A DNA stretch of 37,633 nucleotides from a virus (taxonomy: Duplodnaviria > Heunggongvirae > Uroviricota > Caudoviricetes), in IMG/VR virus record IMGVR_UViG_2939177367_000002, one strand, 5' to 3'. Both the position numbers and the translations under genes were made by a program. A model generated the notes under the pieces. The model did not search any database. It was not told where the DNA came from and was given only the letters and a program-made list of their open reading frames with translations. Shown here piece after piece: positions 26,923-36,968 of the stretch (its first letter is position 1; each line of letters opens with the position of its first letter).

Positions 26923-27489
26923 ATGCTTATTGGCTATGTACGCGTGTCAACAAATGACCAGAACACCGATTTGCAACGTAATGCACTGAACTGCGCGGGA
27001 TGTGAGCGGATTTTTGAGGACAAAATCAGTGGCACTAAGTCCGACAGACCGGGGCTGAAAAAACTACTCAGGACACTATCGGCAGGAGACACGCTGGTTG
27101 TCTGGAAGCTGGACAGGTTGGGGCGCAGTATGCGGCATCTTGTTACGCTGATAGAAGAGTTGCGCCAGCGTGGTGTGAATTTCAGAAGCCTGACTGACAG
27201 TATTGATACCAGTACCCCAATGGGCCGTTTCTTTTTTCATGTCATGGGTGCCCTGGCTGAAATGGAACGCGAACTGATAGTTGAACGTACCAGGGCAGGG
27301 CTGGCTGCAGCTCGTGCCAAAGGCAGAGTAGGTGGACGCCGTCCTAAGTTGACCACCGAACAGTGGGCACAGATTGGGCGTTTACTCGAGGCCGGAGAAT
27401 CAAGACAGCGTATTGCACTGATTTTTGATGTAGGCGTTTCTACCATTTATAGAAAATTTCCGGCAAATAAGATCAATGAATCCCCCTGA
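26923..27489 (+). CDS. Serine DNA invertase (Hin/Gin/Cin/Pin family), 188 aa
   Basis: ATG at 26923. N-terminus MLIGYVRVSTNDQNTDLQRNAL with the catalytic Ser in the GYVRVS motif; C-terminal helix-turn-helix; near-identical in pattern to E. coli Pin/Gin as I recall them. Confidence 0.9.
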   Translation: MLIGYVRVSTNDQNTDLQRNALNCAGCERIFEDKISGTKSDRPGLKKLLRTLSAGDTLVVWKLDRLGRSMRHLVTLIEELRQRGVNFRSLTDSIDTSTPMGRFFFHVMGALAEMERELIVERTRAGLAAARAKGRVGGRRPKLTTEQWAQIGRLLEAGESRQRIALIFDVGVSTIYRKFPANKINESP

Positions 27490-27537
27490 ATCAGCATTAT
27501 GTTGATTATCCCTGCAAGCAGACAAATACCGTTATTT

Positions 27538-27555
27538 TGTGTGAATAACGACACA
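27538..27555. promoter_or_regulatory. TGT-N12-ACA dyad upstream of FI; candidate Ogr-dependent late promoter element
   Basis: TGTgtgaataacgacACA read directly, about 77 bp upstream of the FI start. Confidence 0.45.
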
Positions 27556-27631
27556 ACTGCGCTTAGCTGTTTGTCAGGCACAATCACTTCAACATAGGGC
27601 GAAGCCTAATCCAATCAGGAGGTTCGCCACT

Positions 27632-28804
27632 ATGGCTCAGGATTACCACCACGGGGTGCGCGTTGTTGAAGTCAACGAAGGCACCCGATCTATTACCACG
27701 GTGAGCACCGCCATCGTGGGTATGGTCTGCACGGGCGATGATGCCGATGCAAAAATGTTTCCTCTTAATAAACCCGTGCTGATCACTGATGTGCTGACTG
27801 CCAGCGGTAAAGCGGGTGAGTCAGGTACTCTGGCCCGTTCGCTGGATGCCATCGCTGACCAGGCAAAACCCGTGACCATTGTTGTGCGTGTGCCGCAGGG
27901 TGAAACGGAAGACGAAACCACGACCAATATCATCGGCGCAGTGACCGCTGAAGGTAAAAAAACAGGTATGAAAGCCCTGTTATCTGCCCAGTCACAGCTC
28001 GGCGTTAAACCGCGCATTCTCGGCGTGCCAGGCCACGACACCAAGGCGGTAGCTACTGAGTTGCTGAGCGTGGCGCAAAGCCTGCGTGGATTTGCTTACC
28101 TGTCAGCGTATGGCTGCAAGACAGTGCAGGAGGCGATCACTTACCGCGAAAACTTCAGCCAGCGCGAAGGGATGCTGATCTGGCCTGACTTTACTGGCTG
28201 GGACACGGTGCTGAATGCCGAAGCAACGGCATATGCCACCGCCCGTGCGCTTGGTCTGCGCGCCAAAATTGACGAGCAGACCGGATGGCACAAAAGCCTG
28301 TCCAACGTGGGCGTGAACGGTGTCACCGGAATTTCTGCAGATGTGTTCTGGGATCTGCAGGACCCGGCAACCGATGCAGGTCTGCTGAACCAGAACGACG
28401 TCACCACGCTTGTGCGTAAAGACGGTTTCCGCTTCTGGGGTTCCCGCTGCCTGAGTGATGACCCGCTCTTTGCCTTCGAAAACTACACCCGCACGGCGCA
28501 GGTGCTGATGGACACGATGGCAGAAGCACACATGTGGGCGGTGGATAAACCGCTTAACCCGTCGCTGGCCCGCGACATTATCGAAGGTATCCGCGCCAAA
28601 ATGCGCAGCCTGGTCAGTCAGGGCTATCTCATTGGTGGTGATTGCTGGCTGGATGAGTCGGTGAACGACAAAGACACGCTGAAAGCCGGAAAACTCACCA
28701 TCGACTACGACTACACGCCAGTGCCGCCACTTGAAAACCTGATGCTGCGTCAGCGCATCACCGATCAGTACCTGGTGAATTTCGCCAGCCAGGTCAGCGC
28801 GTAA
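27632..28804 (+). CDS. FI: Tail sheath protein (P2 gpFI-like), 390 aa
   Basis: ATG at 27632 with AGGAGG ribosome-binding site; size and synteny FI-FII-E-T-U-D. Confidence 0.9.
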   Translation: MAQDYHHGVRVVEVNEGTRSITTVSTAIVGMVCTGDDADAKMFPLNKPVLITDVLTASGKAGESGTLARSLDAIADQAKPVTIVVRVPQGETEDETTTNIIGAVTAEGKKTGMKALLSAQSQLGVKPRILGVPGHDTKAVATELLSVAQSLRGFAYLSAYGCKTVQEAITYRENFSQREGMLIWPDFTGWDTVLNAEATAYATARALGLRAKIDEQTGWHKSLSNVGVNGVTGISADVFWDLQDPATDAGLLNQNDVTTLVRKDGFRFWGSRCLSDDPLFAFENYTRTAQVLMDTMAEAHMWAVDKPLNPSLARDIIEGIRAKMRSLVSQGYLIGGDCWLDESVNDKDTLKAGKLTIDYDYTPVPPLENLMLRQRITDQYLVNFASQVSA

Positions 28805-28813
28805 GGGGACAAC

Positions 28814-29329
28814 ATGGCTTTACCACGCAAATTAAAACACCTGAACCTGTTTAACGACGGGAACAACTGGCAGGGGATCGTTGAGTCGCTGACGCTGCCG
28901 AAATTTACCCGCAAATATGAGAAGTATCGCGGCGGCGGAATGCCGGGTGCGGTGGATGTGGATCTGGGGCTTGATGACAGTGCGCTGGACACAGAATTTT
29001 CCATTGGTGGTACTGAATTGCTGCTGTTTAAACAGATGGGTAAAGCCACGGTGGATGGCATCCAGCTGCGCTTTACCGGCTCTATTCAGCGTGACGATAC
29101 CGGGGAAGTGCAGGCCGTGGAGCTTGTCGTGCGTGGACGTCACAAAGAAGTGGATTCCGGCGAGTGGAAGACGGGCGAAAGCAACACGACCAAAGTGACC
29201 AGTACCAACAGCTACGCGAAGCTGACCATCAATGGTGAGGTGCTCTATGAAGTGGACCTTATCAACATGGTAGAAATTGTGGACGGTGTGGACCTGATGG
29301 AAGCGCACCGCAACGCCCTCGGCCTCTGA
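28814..29329 (+). CDS. FII: Tail tube protein (P2 gpFII-like), 171 aa
   Basis: ATG at 28814; size and synteny. Confidence 0.9.
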   Translation: MALPRKLKHLNLFNDGNNWQGIVESLTLPKFTRKYEKYRGGGMPGAVDVDLGLDDSALDTEFSIGGTELLLFKQMGKATVDGIQLRFTGSIQRDDTGEVQAVELVVRGRHKEVDSGEWKTGESNTTKVTSTNSYAKLTINGEVLYEVDLINMVEIVDGVDLMEAHRNALGL

Positions 29330-29383
29330 TATATCTGAACGGCGCGGGATACCGCGCCAGAACCCAATTGACAGGACAGTAAA

Positions 29384-29686
29384 ATGAGCGATAAGCAGAC
29401 TGAAAAGACCATTCAACTGGATACCCCCATCAAGCGCGGTAAAACAGAAATCACCGAAATTGTGCTGCGTAAACCGCAGTCTGGTGCGCTACGCGGTACA
29501 CGCCTGCAGGCCATTATGGATATGGATGTGAACGCGATGATGACCGTGATCCCCCGCATCTCCAGCCCGGCACTGACTGCACAGGAAATTGCAGAGATGG
29601 ACCCGGCAGATCTCACTGCCATGTCGGTTGAGGTTGTCACTTTTTTGTTGAAGAAGTCGGTGCTTGCCGGTTTACCGACAGCCTGA
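29384..29686 (+). CDS. E: Tail assembly chaperone (P2 gpE-like), 100 aa
   Basis: ATG at 29384; contains the T TTT TTG slippery heptamer near its 3' end. Confidence 0.8.
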   Translation: MSDKQTEKTIQLDTPIKRGKTEITEIVLRKPQSGALRGTRLQAIMDMDVNAMMTVIPRISSPALTAQEIAEMDPADLTAMSVEVVTFLLKKSVLAGLPTA

Positions 29687-29819
29687 CGGTTGACGATCTG
29701 GTGGCAGATATCGCCACCATTTTTCACTGGCCGCCATCCGTTACTGACGTTATGCCGCTGACCGAAGTGCTGGAATGGCGGTATAAAGCGATTCAGAGAA
29801 GCGGGGCCAACGATGAGTG
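29384..29819 (+). CDS. Tail assembly chaperone E+E', predicted programmed -1 frameshift product (about 145 aa)
   Basis: Slippery TTTTTTG at 29641..29647; the -1 frame stays open from there to TGA at 29817..29819, overlapping the gpT start. This arrangement is conserved in P2-like phages. Confidence 0.6.
29641..29647 (+). promoter_or_regulatory. Programmed -1 ribosomal frameshift slippery site T TTT TTG
   Basis: Read directly in the gpE zero frame (codons TTT TTG). Confidence 0.6.
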
Positions 29820-32800
29820 ATAACAACCTGCGTCTGCAGGTCATTCTTAATGCGGTTGACAAACTCACCCGCCCATTCCGTGCTGCACAGGCCAGTTCGA
29901 AAGAGCTGGCTGGCGCAATTCAGAATACCAGAAACAGCCTCAAAGAACTGAATAAGCAGGCTGGCAGAATTGATGAGTTTCGCAAGACGCGCTCGCAACT
30001 AGCCATAACAGCCAACAACCTGAACGCAGCCCGCGAAGAGGCGGCAAAACTCGCCACACAATTTGCTGCCACTAACAGGCCAACCGCCGCGCAGGCAAAG
30101 TTATTCAGTCAGGCCAAAACACGAGTACAGGAACTTCAGCAGACCTATAACGGCTTGGTGGGGGCGGTCCAGAGACAACGTCAGGCACTTAAAGAATCAG
30201 GGATTGATACCAGGCAACTCAGTAGTGCCCAGCGAGAACTTAAGAAAAATGCTGAAGAAACAAGGCAGGCACTGGAGGGCCAGCAAAAAGCACTTAAACG
30301 TCTGGGTGAGCAACAGGCACGGATGAACGCTGCCAGAGAACAATACTCAAGACGGCTTGAAGTGCGCGATCGCATCGCAGGAGCCGGAGCCACTACCACG
30401 GCTGCAGGGCTGGCAATGGGTGCGCCAGTGATGGCGGCAGTAAAAAGCTATACCAGCATGGAAGATGCCATGAAAGGTGTGGCAAAGCAGGTCAATGGTC
30501 TGCGTGACGATAATGGCAACCGCACTGCACGTTTTTATGAAATGCAGGATGCCATCAAGGCTGCCAGCGAACAGTTGCCGATGGAAAACGGTGCGGTGGA
30601 CTTCGCTGCACTGGTTGAAGGTGGTGCGCGCATGAACGTCGCAAACCCTGACGACAGCTGGGAAGACCAGAAACGTGACCTGCTGGCCTTCGCCAGTACG
30701 GCAGCAAAGGCGGCAACAGCCTTTGAGCTGCCAGCGGATGAACTGTCAGAAAGTCTGGGGAAAATCGCCCAGCTCTACAAAATACCTACCCGCAATATTG
30801 AACAGCTCGGCGATGCGCTGAACTATCTGGATGATAACGCCATGTCGAAAGGGGCGGACATCATTGATGTGATGCAACGTCTGGGCGGTGTGGCTGACCG
30901 TCTGGATTATCGTAAAGCGGCGGCACTGGGTTCCACCTTTCTGACACTGGGTGCTGCGCCGGAGGTTGCAGCCAGTGCAGCAAACGCGATGGTGCGTGAA
31001 TTGTCCATTGCCACCATGCAAAGCAAGAGTTTCTTTGAAGGGATGAATCTGCTGAAACTCAATCCTGAAGTGATTGAAAAGCAGATGACGAAGGATGCGA
31101 TGGGAACTATCCAGCGTGTGCTGGAGAAGGTGAACGCACTGCCGCAGGACAAGCGTCTGTCTGCCATGACCATGTTGTTTGGTAAAGAGTTTGGTGATGA
31201 TGCAGCGAAACTGGCAAACAACCTTCCGGAACTGCAGCGCCAGCTAAAACTGACAGCGGGCAATGATGCGCTCGGTTCCATGCAGAAAGAATCCGACATC
31301 AACAAAGACTCACTTTCCGCTCAGTGGTTGCTGGTCAAAACCGGAGCGCAGAACACCTTCAGCAGCCTGGGCGAAACGCTGCGCCAGCCGCTGATGGATA
31401 TTCTGTACACGGTGAAAAGCATTACGGGGGCGTTGCGCCGCTGGGTGGAAGCTAACCCGGAACTGACAGGCACACTGATGAAAGTAGCGGCTGTTGTGGC
31501 TGCGGTTACCGTAGGCCTCGGCACCTTAGCGGTGGCGCTGGCTGCAGTGCTGGGGCCGCTGGCAGTGATCCGTCTGGGATTCTCTGTGCTGGGTATCAAA
31601 ACGTTACCTTCCGTTACGGCAGCAGTAACTCGAACCAGCAACGCGTTGTCCTGGCTGGCTGGCGCTCCACTGGCACTGCTGCGACGCGGGCTTGCTTCAT
31701 CGGGCAACGCCGCAGGTTTACTTACTGCGCCGTTGTCGTCTTTGCGCCGCACGGCATCACTGACGGGAAATGTCCTGAAAACTGTAGCAGGTGCGCCAGT
31801 TGCACTTTTGCGGTCTGGATTATCCGGTTTACGTGCTGTTGCTGTGATGTTTATGAATCCTCTGGCGGTACTGCGCGGTGGACTGGCAGCCGCAGGTGCG
31901 GTGCTGCGAGTGCTTGCATCTGGTCCGCTGGCGATGCTGCGCGTTGCCCTGTATGCCATATCTGGTCTGTTAGGTGCTCTGCTCAGTCCGATAGGTCTTG
32001 TGGTTACTGCACTGGCGGGCGTGGCGCTGGTTGTCTGGAAATACTGGCAACCCATTACCGCATTTCTCGGTGGCGTGGTGGAAGGATTCAAAGCGGCGGC
32101 AGGTCCCATCAGTGCAGCGTTTGAACCACTTAAGCCCGTGTTCCAGTGGATTGGCGACAAAGTGCAGGCGCTGTGGGGCTGGTTTACTGATCTGCTGACG
32201 CCTGTTAAGTCGACCTCTGCCGAACTGCAGAGCGCAGCGGCAATGGGGCGACGATTCGGGGAGGCACTGGCGGAAGGGCTGAATATGGTCATGCATCCGC
32301 TGGACTCCCTGAAATCCGGTGTTTCCTGGTTGCTGGATAAACTCGGCATTGTCAGTAAAGAGGCTGCAAAGGCGAAACTGCCGGAAAGCGTGACGCGTCA
32401 GCAACCTGCGACGGTGAATGCAGACGGTAAAGTGATGATGCCATCGGGTGGTTTTCCGTCATGGGGATATGGCTTTGCGGGGATGTATGACAGCGGCGGC
32501 TATATCCCGCGCGGGCAGTTTGGCATCGTCGGTGAAAACGGGCCGGAAATTGTCAACGGCCCGGCAAACGTGACCAGCCGGAGAAATACCGCTGCACTGG
32601 CTGCGGTTGTTGCCGGAATGATGGGCGTTGCTGCCGCGCCTGCAGAGCTTCCACCGTTACATCCTTTGGCACTTCCCGCGAAAGGCGGCGAAGCGATGGT
32701 GAGTCGTGCAGCCACTGTGCCGCCCGTTCAACGGCTTGAGGCACCGACGCAGATCATCATTCAGACGCAGCCAGGACAAAGTGCGCAGGATATTGCGCGG

Positions 32801-32890
32801 GAGGTTGCACGCCAGCTTGATGAACGTGAACGCAGGCTGAAGGCAAAAGCCAGGAGTAACTACAGCGATCAGGGGGGATACGAAGCATGA
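29813..32890 (+). CDS. T: Tail tape measure protein (P2 gpT-like), 1025 aa
   Basis: ATG at 29813; very long Ala/Leu-rich coiled-coil protein with hydrophobic central repeats; synteny. Confidence 0.9.
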   Translation: MSDNNLRLQVILNAVDKLTRPFRAAQASSKELAGAIQNTRNSLKELNKQAGRIDEFRKTRSQLAITANNLNAAREEAAKLATQFAATNRPTAAQAKLFSQAKTRVQELQQTYNGLVGAVQRQRQALKESGIDTRQLSSAQRELKKNAEETRQALEGQQKALKRLGEQQARMNAAREQYSRRLEVRDRIAGAGATTTAAGLAMGAPVMAAVKSYTSMEDAMKGVAKQVNGLRDDNGNRTARFYEMQDAIKAASEQLPMENGAVDFAALVEGGARMNVANPDDSWEDQKRDLLAFASTAAKAATAFELPADELSESLGKIAQLYKIPTRNIEQLGDALNYLDDNAMSKGADIIDVMQRLGGVADRLDYRKAAALGSTFLTLGAAPEVAASAANAMVRELSIATMQSKSFFEGMNLLKLNPEVIEKQMTKDAMGTIQRVLEKVNALPQDKRLSAMTMLFGKEFGDDAAKLANNLPELQRQLKLTAGNDALGSMQKESDINKDSLSAQWLLVKTGAQNTFSSLGETLRQPLMDILYTVKSITGALRRWVEANPELTGTLMKVAAVVAAVTVGLGTLAVALAAVLGPLAVIRLGFSVLGIKTLPSVTAAVTRTSNALSWLAGAPLALLRRGLASSGNAAGLLTAPLSSLRRTASLTGNVLKTVAGAPVALLRSGLSGLRAVAVMFMNPLAVLRGGLAAAGAVLRVLASGPLAMLRVALYAISGLLGALLSPIGLVVTALAGVALVVWKYWQPITAFLGGVVEGFKAAAGPISAAFEPLKPVFQWIGDKVQALWGWFTDLLTPVKSTSAELQSAAAMGRRFGEALAEGLNMVMHPLDSLKSGVSWLLDKLGIVSKEAAKAKLPESVTRQQPATVNADGKVMMPSGGFPSWGYGFAGMYDSGGYIPRGQFGIVGENGPEIVNGPANVTSRRNTAALAAVVAGMMGVAAAPAELPPLHPLALPAKGGEAMVSRAATVPPVQRLEAPTQIIIQTQPGQSAQDIAREVARQLDERERRLKAKARSNYSDQGGYEA

Positions 32891-33372
32891 TGATGGTGCT
32901 GGGATTGTACGTGTTTATGCTGCGCACCGTGCCGTATCAGGAGCTGCAGTATCAACGCAGCTGGCGACATGCGGCAAACAGCCGGGTAAACCGACGTCCG
33001 TCCACGCAGTTTCTGGGACCGGACAACGACATGCTGACGCTTTCCGGTGTTCTTATGCCGGAGATAACAGGTGGCAGGCTGTCGTTGCTGGCACTGGAGC
33101 AGATGGCAGAACAGGGGAAAGCATGGCCCCTGATTGAAGGCAGCGGCACGATTTATGGCATGTATGTGATTGAGGGACTGAATCAGACTAAAACGGAGTT
33201 TTTCCGCGACGGTATGCCGCGCCGGATTGAGTTCACCCTGTCGCTCAAAAGGGTGGATGAATCATTGTCCGATATGTTCGGTGATCTCAGTGCGCAACTG
33301 AATAATCTGCAGGACACGGCAACGTCTGCCTTAAGCGATATCAGTAAAACGGTGGGAGGGCTGCTGTCGTGA
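32887..33372 (+). CDS. U: Tail protein (P2 gpU-like), 161 aa
   Basis: Start overlaps the T stop; size matches P2 U. Confidence 0.85.
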   Translation: MMMVLGLYVFMLRTVPYQELQYQRSWRHAANSRVNRRPSTQFLGPDNDMLTLSGVLMPEITGGRLSLLALEQMAEQGKAWPLIEGSGTIYGMYVIEGLNQTKTEFFRDGMPRRIEFTLSLKRVDESLSDMFGDLSAQLNNLQDTATSALSDISKTVGGLLS

Positions 33373-34469
33373 ATTTCAGCTCTGAACTGCTTAACAAAGG
33401 CAACAAAACTCCCGCATTCAGCATCAGTATTGAGGGCAGGGATATCACCACTGTGCTGGATAACCGCCTGATGAGTCTGACGCTGACGGATAACCGGGGC
33501 TTTGAAGCGGACCAGCTTGATCTGGAGCTGGACGACGCCGATGGAAAAATAGCGCTGCCGCGCCGTGGTGCGGTCATTACGCTGGCGCTGGGCTGGAAGG
33601 GGCAGCCGCTTTTCCCGAAAGGGGCATTCACGGTGGACGAGATTGAACACACTGGCGCACCGGACCGCCTGACTATCCGGGCGCGAAGTGCTGATTTTCG
33701 GGAAACGCTGAATACCCGCCGTGAAAAGTCGTGGCACAAGACCACTGTCGGGGAAGTGGTGAAGGAAATAGCTGTGCGGCACAAACTGAAGATGGCACTG
33801 GGTAAAGACCTGTCAGATAAACCCGTGGAACATATAGACCAGACTAATGAGAGTGACGGCAGTTTTCTGATGCGGCTGGCGCGCCAGTACGGTGCTATTG
33901 CGTCGGTGAAAAATGGCAATCTGTTATTCATCCGGCAGGGACAGGGTAAAAGCGCCAGCGGTAAACCACTACCGGTTATCACTATCACACGTAAGGACGG
34001 CGACAGTCACCGCTTTACCCTGGCAGATCGCGGAGCCTACACGGGCGTAATTGCCAGCTGGTTGCATACCCGCGAACCCGCGAAGAAAGAAAGCACCACG
34101 GTGAAGCGTAAGCGCAGGACTAAGAAGCAGAAGAAAGAGCCGGAAGCGAAGCAGGGCGATTACCTGGTGGGTTCAGATGAAAACGTGCTGGTACTTAATC
34201 GCACTTATGCCAACCGGAGCAACGCTGAACGGGCTGCGAAAATGCAGTGGGAACGCCTGCAACGCGGCGTTGCGTCATTCTCGCTACAACTGGCGGAAGG
34301 GCGGGCAGAACTCTATACGGAAATGCCAGTGAAAGTCAGTGGCTTTAAACAGCCGATAGATGATGCGGAATGGACCATTACGACTCTGACACATACCGTC
34401 AGCCCGGATAATGGTTTTACGACCAGTCTGGAGCTTGAAGTGAGGATTGATGATTTCAAAATGGAATGA
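33369..34469 (+). CDS. D: Late-control/tail protein (P2 gpD-like), 366 aa
   Basis: Start overlaps the U stop; size and position. Confidence 0.85.
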   Translation: MNFSSELLNKGNKTPAFSISIEGRDITTVLDNRLMSLTLTDNRGFEADQLDLELDDADGKIALPRRGAVITLALGWKGQPLFPKGAFTVDEIEHTGAPDRLTIRARSADFRETLNTRREKSWHKTTVGEVVKEIAVRHKLKMALGKDLSDKPVEHIDQTNESDGSFLMRLARQYGAIASVKNGNLLFIRQGQGKSASGKPLPVITITRKDGDSHRFTLADRGAYTGVIASWLHTREPAKKESTTVKRKRRTKKQKKEPEAKQGDYLVGSDENVLVLNRTYANRSNAERAAKMQWERLQRGVASFSLQLAEGRAELYTEMPVKVSGFKQPIDDAEWTITTLTHTVSPDNGFTTSLELEVRIDDFKME

Positions 34470-34559
34470 TTCTTCGCAATGGAGAACTTTTAAGTTTGCA
34501 AAATGGAATAATGCGGTATCATTATTGTGAATTTAGCAAAAATGGGGAGAACTCGAAAA

Positions 34560-34778
34560 ATGATGATTTGCCCACTGTGTGGAAGTGCCGCCCATACTCG
34601 CAGCAGTTTTCAGGTATCTTCATTGACCAAAGAGCGTTACAACCAGTGCCAGAACATTAACTGCAGCCATACTTTTGTTACCCATGAAACTTTTGTTCGT
34701 TCGATTGCAACGCCAAAAGAGTCAAATCCGGTTCAGCCGCATCCAATGAAATCAGGACAGGTGGCGCTCTCTCTTTGA
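34560..34778 (+). CDS. ogr: Ogr-type late gene activator, zinc finger, about 72 aa
   Basis: ATG at 34560/34563 after GGGGAGA. Translation MMICPLCGSAAHTR...KERYNQCQNINCSHTF matches the Ogr Cys4 pattern (CPLC...CQNxNC). Last gene before the att repeat. Confidence 0.8.
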   Translation: MMICPLCGSAAHTRSSFQVSSLTKERYNQCQNINCSHTFVTHETFVRSIATPKESNPVQPHPMKSGQVALSL

Positions 34779-34780
34779 CT

Positions 34781-34800
34781 CTGCCGCCAATTTGTCGCCA
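34781..34800. repeat. Putative attR core (CTGCCGCCAATTTGTCGCCA), right copy of the 20-bp direct repeat
   Basis: 19/20 identity with 21..40; lies 2 bp after the ogr stop and about 60 bp before the ybjL terminator. Confidence 0.6.
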
Positions 34801-34858
34801 TCGTTAAAAAACACTGCTTCTAACATCATGATTTTAAAAGGCATAAATTTTAGGCAAC

Positions 34859-34901
34859 AAAAAACCCATCAACCTTGAACCGAAATGGCGGGGTTGATGG
34901 G
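34859..34901 (-). terminator. Rho-independent terminator of ybjL (10-bp stem CCCATCAACC/GGTTGATGGG followed by a T-run on the minus strand)
   Basis: Read directly; a perfect 10-bp stem, with AAAAAA on the plus strand at 34859..34864 giving UUUUUU on the minus-strand transcript. Confidence 0.55.
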
Positions 34902-35013
34902 CTCCACAAAATGGGGACATCAAAGAAAAGCAGTGGCACTAATTAAGACTGATGCCCTGCGGAAAAGTTCTGCGGTTGTGCAAAAAAATTTCATTTTCAG
35001 GGCAACTTCAGTT

Positions 35014-36699
35014 TTATCCTAATCCTGGCCATACCATGACGATGATTGTCCCTGCCAGCGTCAGCAGGACGTTGGCGATTGCATAGGTGCCCGCATAGCC
35101 CAGCGCCGGGATGTTACTGCGAGCTGTATCACTGATGATCTCCATTGCCGGCGCGCAGGTACGTGCGCCCATCATTGCGCCGAACAACAGCGCGCGGTTC
35201 ATTCGCAATACATAAGCACCGAACAAGAAACAGATAACCACGGGCACCAGACTGACAATCAATCCGGCAATCAACATCTGACCGCCAATCGCGCCCAGGC
35301 CGTTATTAATACCGCTACCGGCGCTCAGACCAACGCCTGCCATAAACACCATCAAGCCGAACTCTTTCACCATGCTTAATGCACCCTGCGGAATGTAACC
35401 GAAGGTCGGGTGGTTAGCACGCATAAAGCCCAGCATAATTCCGGCGAATAACAACCCGGCAGCGTTCCCCATGCCGAAACTGAATGTGCTGAACTGGAAG
35501 GTGATCATCCCGATCATCAGCCCAATAACAAAGAAGGCGCAGAATGCCAGCAGGTCAGTGACCTGGCTGTGAATCGAGATAAAGCCGATGCGATCGGCGA
35601 TGGTTTTTACGCGGCGGGCATCGCCGCTGACTTGTAAAACGTCACCTTTGTTAAGCACGACGTTGTCATCTATCGGCATCTCAATCTGGCTACGAATGAC
35701 GCGGTTAAGGAAGCAACCGTGATCGGTCAACTTCAGTTGTGCGAGACGTTTACCTACAGCGTTATGGTTTTTAACGACCACTTCTTCAGTGACGATACGC
35801 ATGTCGAGAAGGTCACGATCGAAAACTTCTTTACCGTTACGGAAGCTGGGATCGAGTCGGGCATGGGCGTCGGGATAGCCTACCAACGCTATTTCATCGC
35901 CCATTTGTAGCACGGCATCACCGTCTGGATTTGCCAGAATCCCGTTACGTCGAATACGTTCAATGTAGCAGCCGGTTTGTCGATAAATACCCAGTTCACG
36001 CAGATTTTTGCCGTCGGTCCAGGCCACCAGTTCCGGGCCGACGCGATAGGCGCGGATCACCGGTAAATAAACCTTACGGTTGGCATCAGTGTCCAGGCCA
36101 CGTTCGCGGGCGATTTGCTGGGCGCTGGTCTGTAAGTCCTGATGCTGCAATTTCGGCAAGTAACGCGCACCAACAATCAAACTCACCAGACCGATTAAAT
36201 AGGTTAAGGCATACCCGAGGCTCAGATTATCCAGTGCCAGTGAGAGCTGCCTGCTTTCCATGCCGGAATGACGCAGTGTATCGCCAGCACCGACCAGAAC
36301 CGGTGTCGACGTCATAGAGCCTGCTAACATACCGGCCGTCAGGCCAATATCCCAGCCAAACAGCTTACCTAACCCTAAGGCGATCACCAGCGCACTGCCA
36401 ACCATCACCAGTGCTAACATTAGGTAATTTTTCCCATCGCGAAAAAAAATGGAAAAAAAGTTCGGTCCGGCTTCGACCCCGACGCAGAAAATAAACAGCA
36501 TAAAGCCAAGATTAAGCGCATCGGTGTTAATGCTGAAATGTTGTTGGCCTAATAACAGCGATACGACTAAAACGCCAATGGAATTACCCAGTTGGATCGA
36601 ACCAAGTCGTAACTTTCCGAGACATAGCCCAAGCGCGAGGACCACAAATAATAACAGAATGTAATTCCCATTTAACAATTCGGCGACGTTTATATTCAC
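35014..36699 (-). CDS. ybjL: Host putative transporter YbjL (YidE/YbjL family, two transmembrane halves flanking TrkA-C-like domains), 561 aa
   Basis: Translation matches my recollection of E. coli YbjL in length and sequence character; GTG start at 36699. Confidence 0.85.
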
Positions 36700-36968
36700 G
36701 GAGGCTAACTTCTTGTTTACTAGTAAGCTGTTGAAAGAAATGGTAATTTACGATAATGTTTTTTACCAGAATTCAGGGCGCAGATTCATTCAGCGCACCT
36801 AAACGATAGTAAAGTAACAATATATTTTACTAGTGTAATCACATTAGGTATCAACGGCTATATGAATTGCGTTGGCCTATATTAGCATGGAATGCGAAGC
36901 GGCTTTATCTTACTGAACGCCACACTGGCGAAAAATGTGTTCGATAGACGCAGTGTCAGGAGGAACGA

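Noticed and set aside
31321-32349. Long antisense ORF (342 aa, minus strand) inside the tape measure gene; similar antisense ORFs occur inside gpP (14161..14943), gpJ (22339..23241) and gpD (33183..33988).
   Set aside because: They lie entirely within conserved structural genes on the opposite strand, lack ribosome-binding sites, and have Arg/Ala/Ser-rich low-complexity translations typical of chance open frames in GC-rich DNA.
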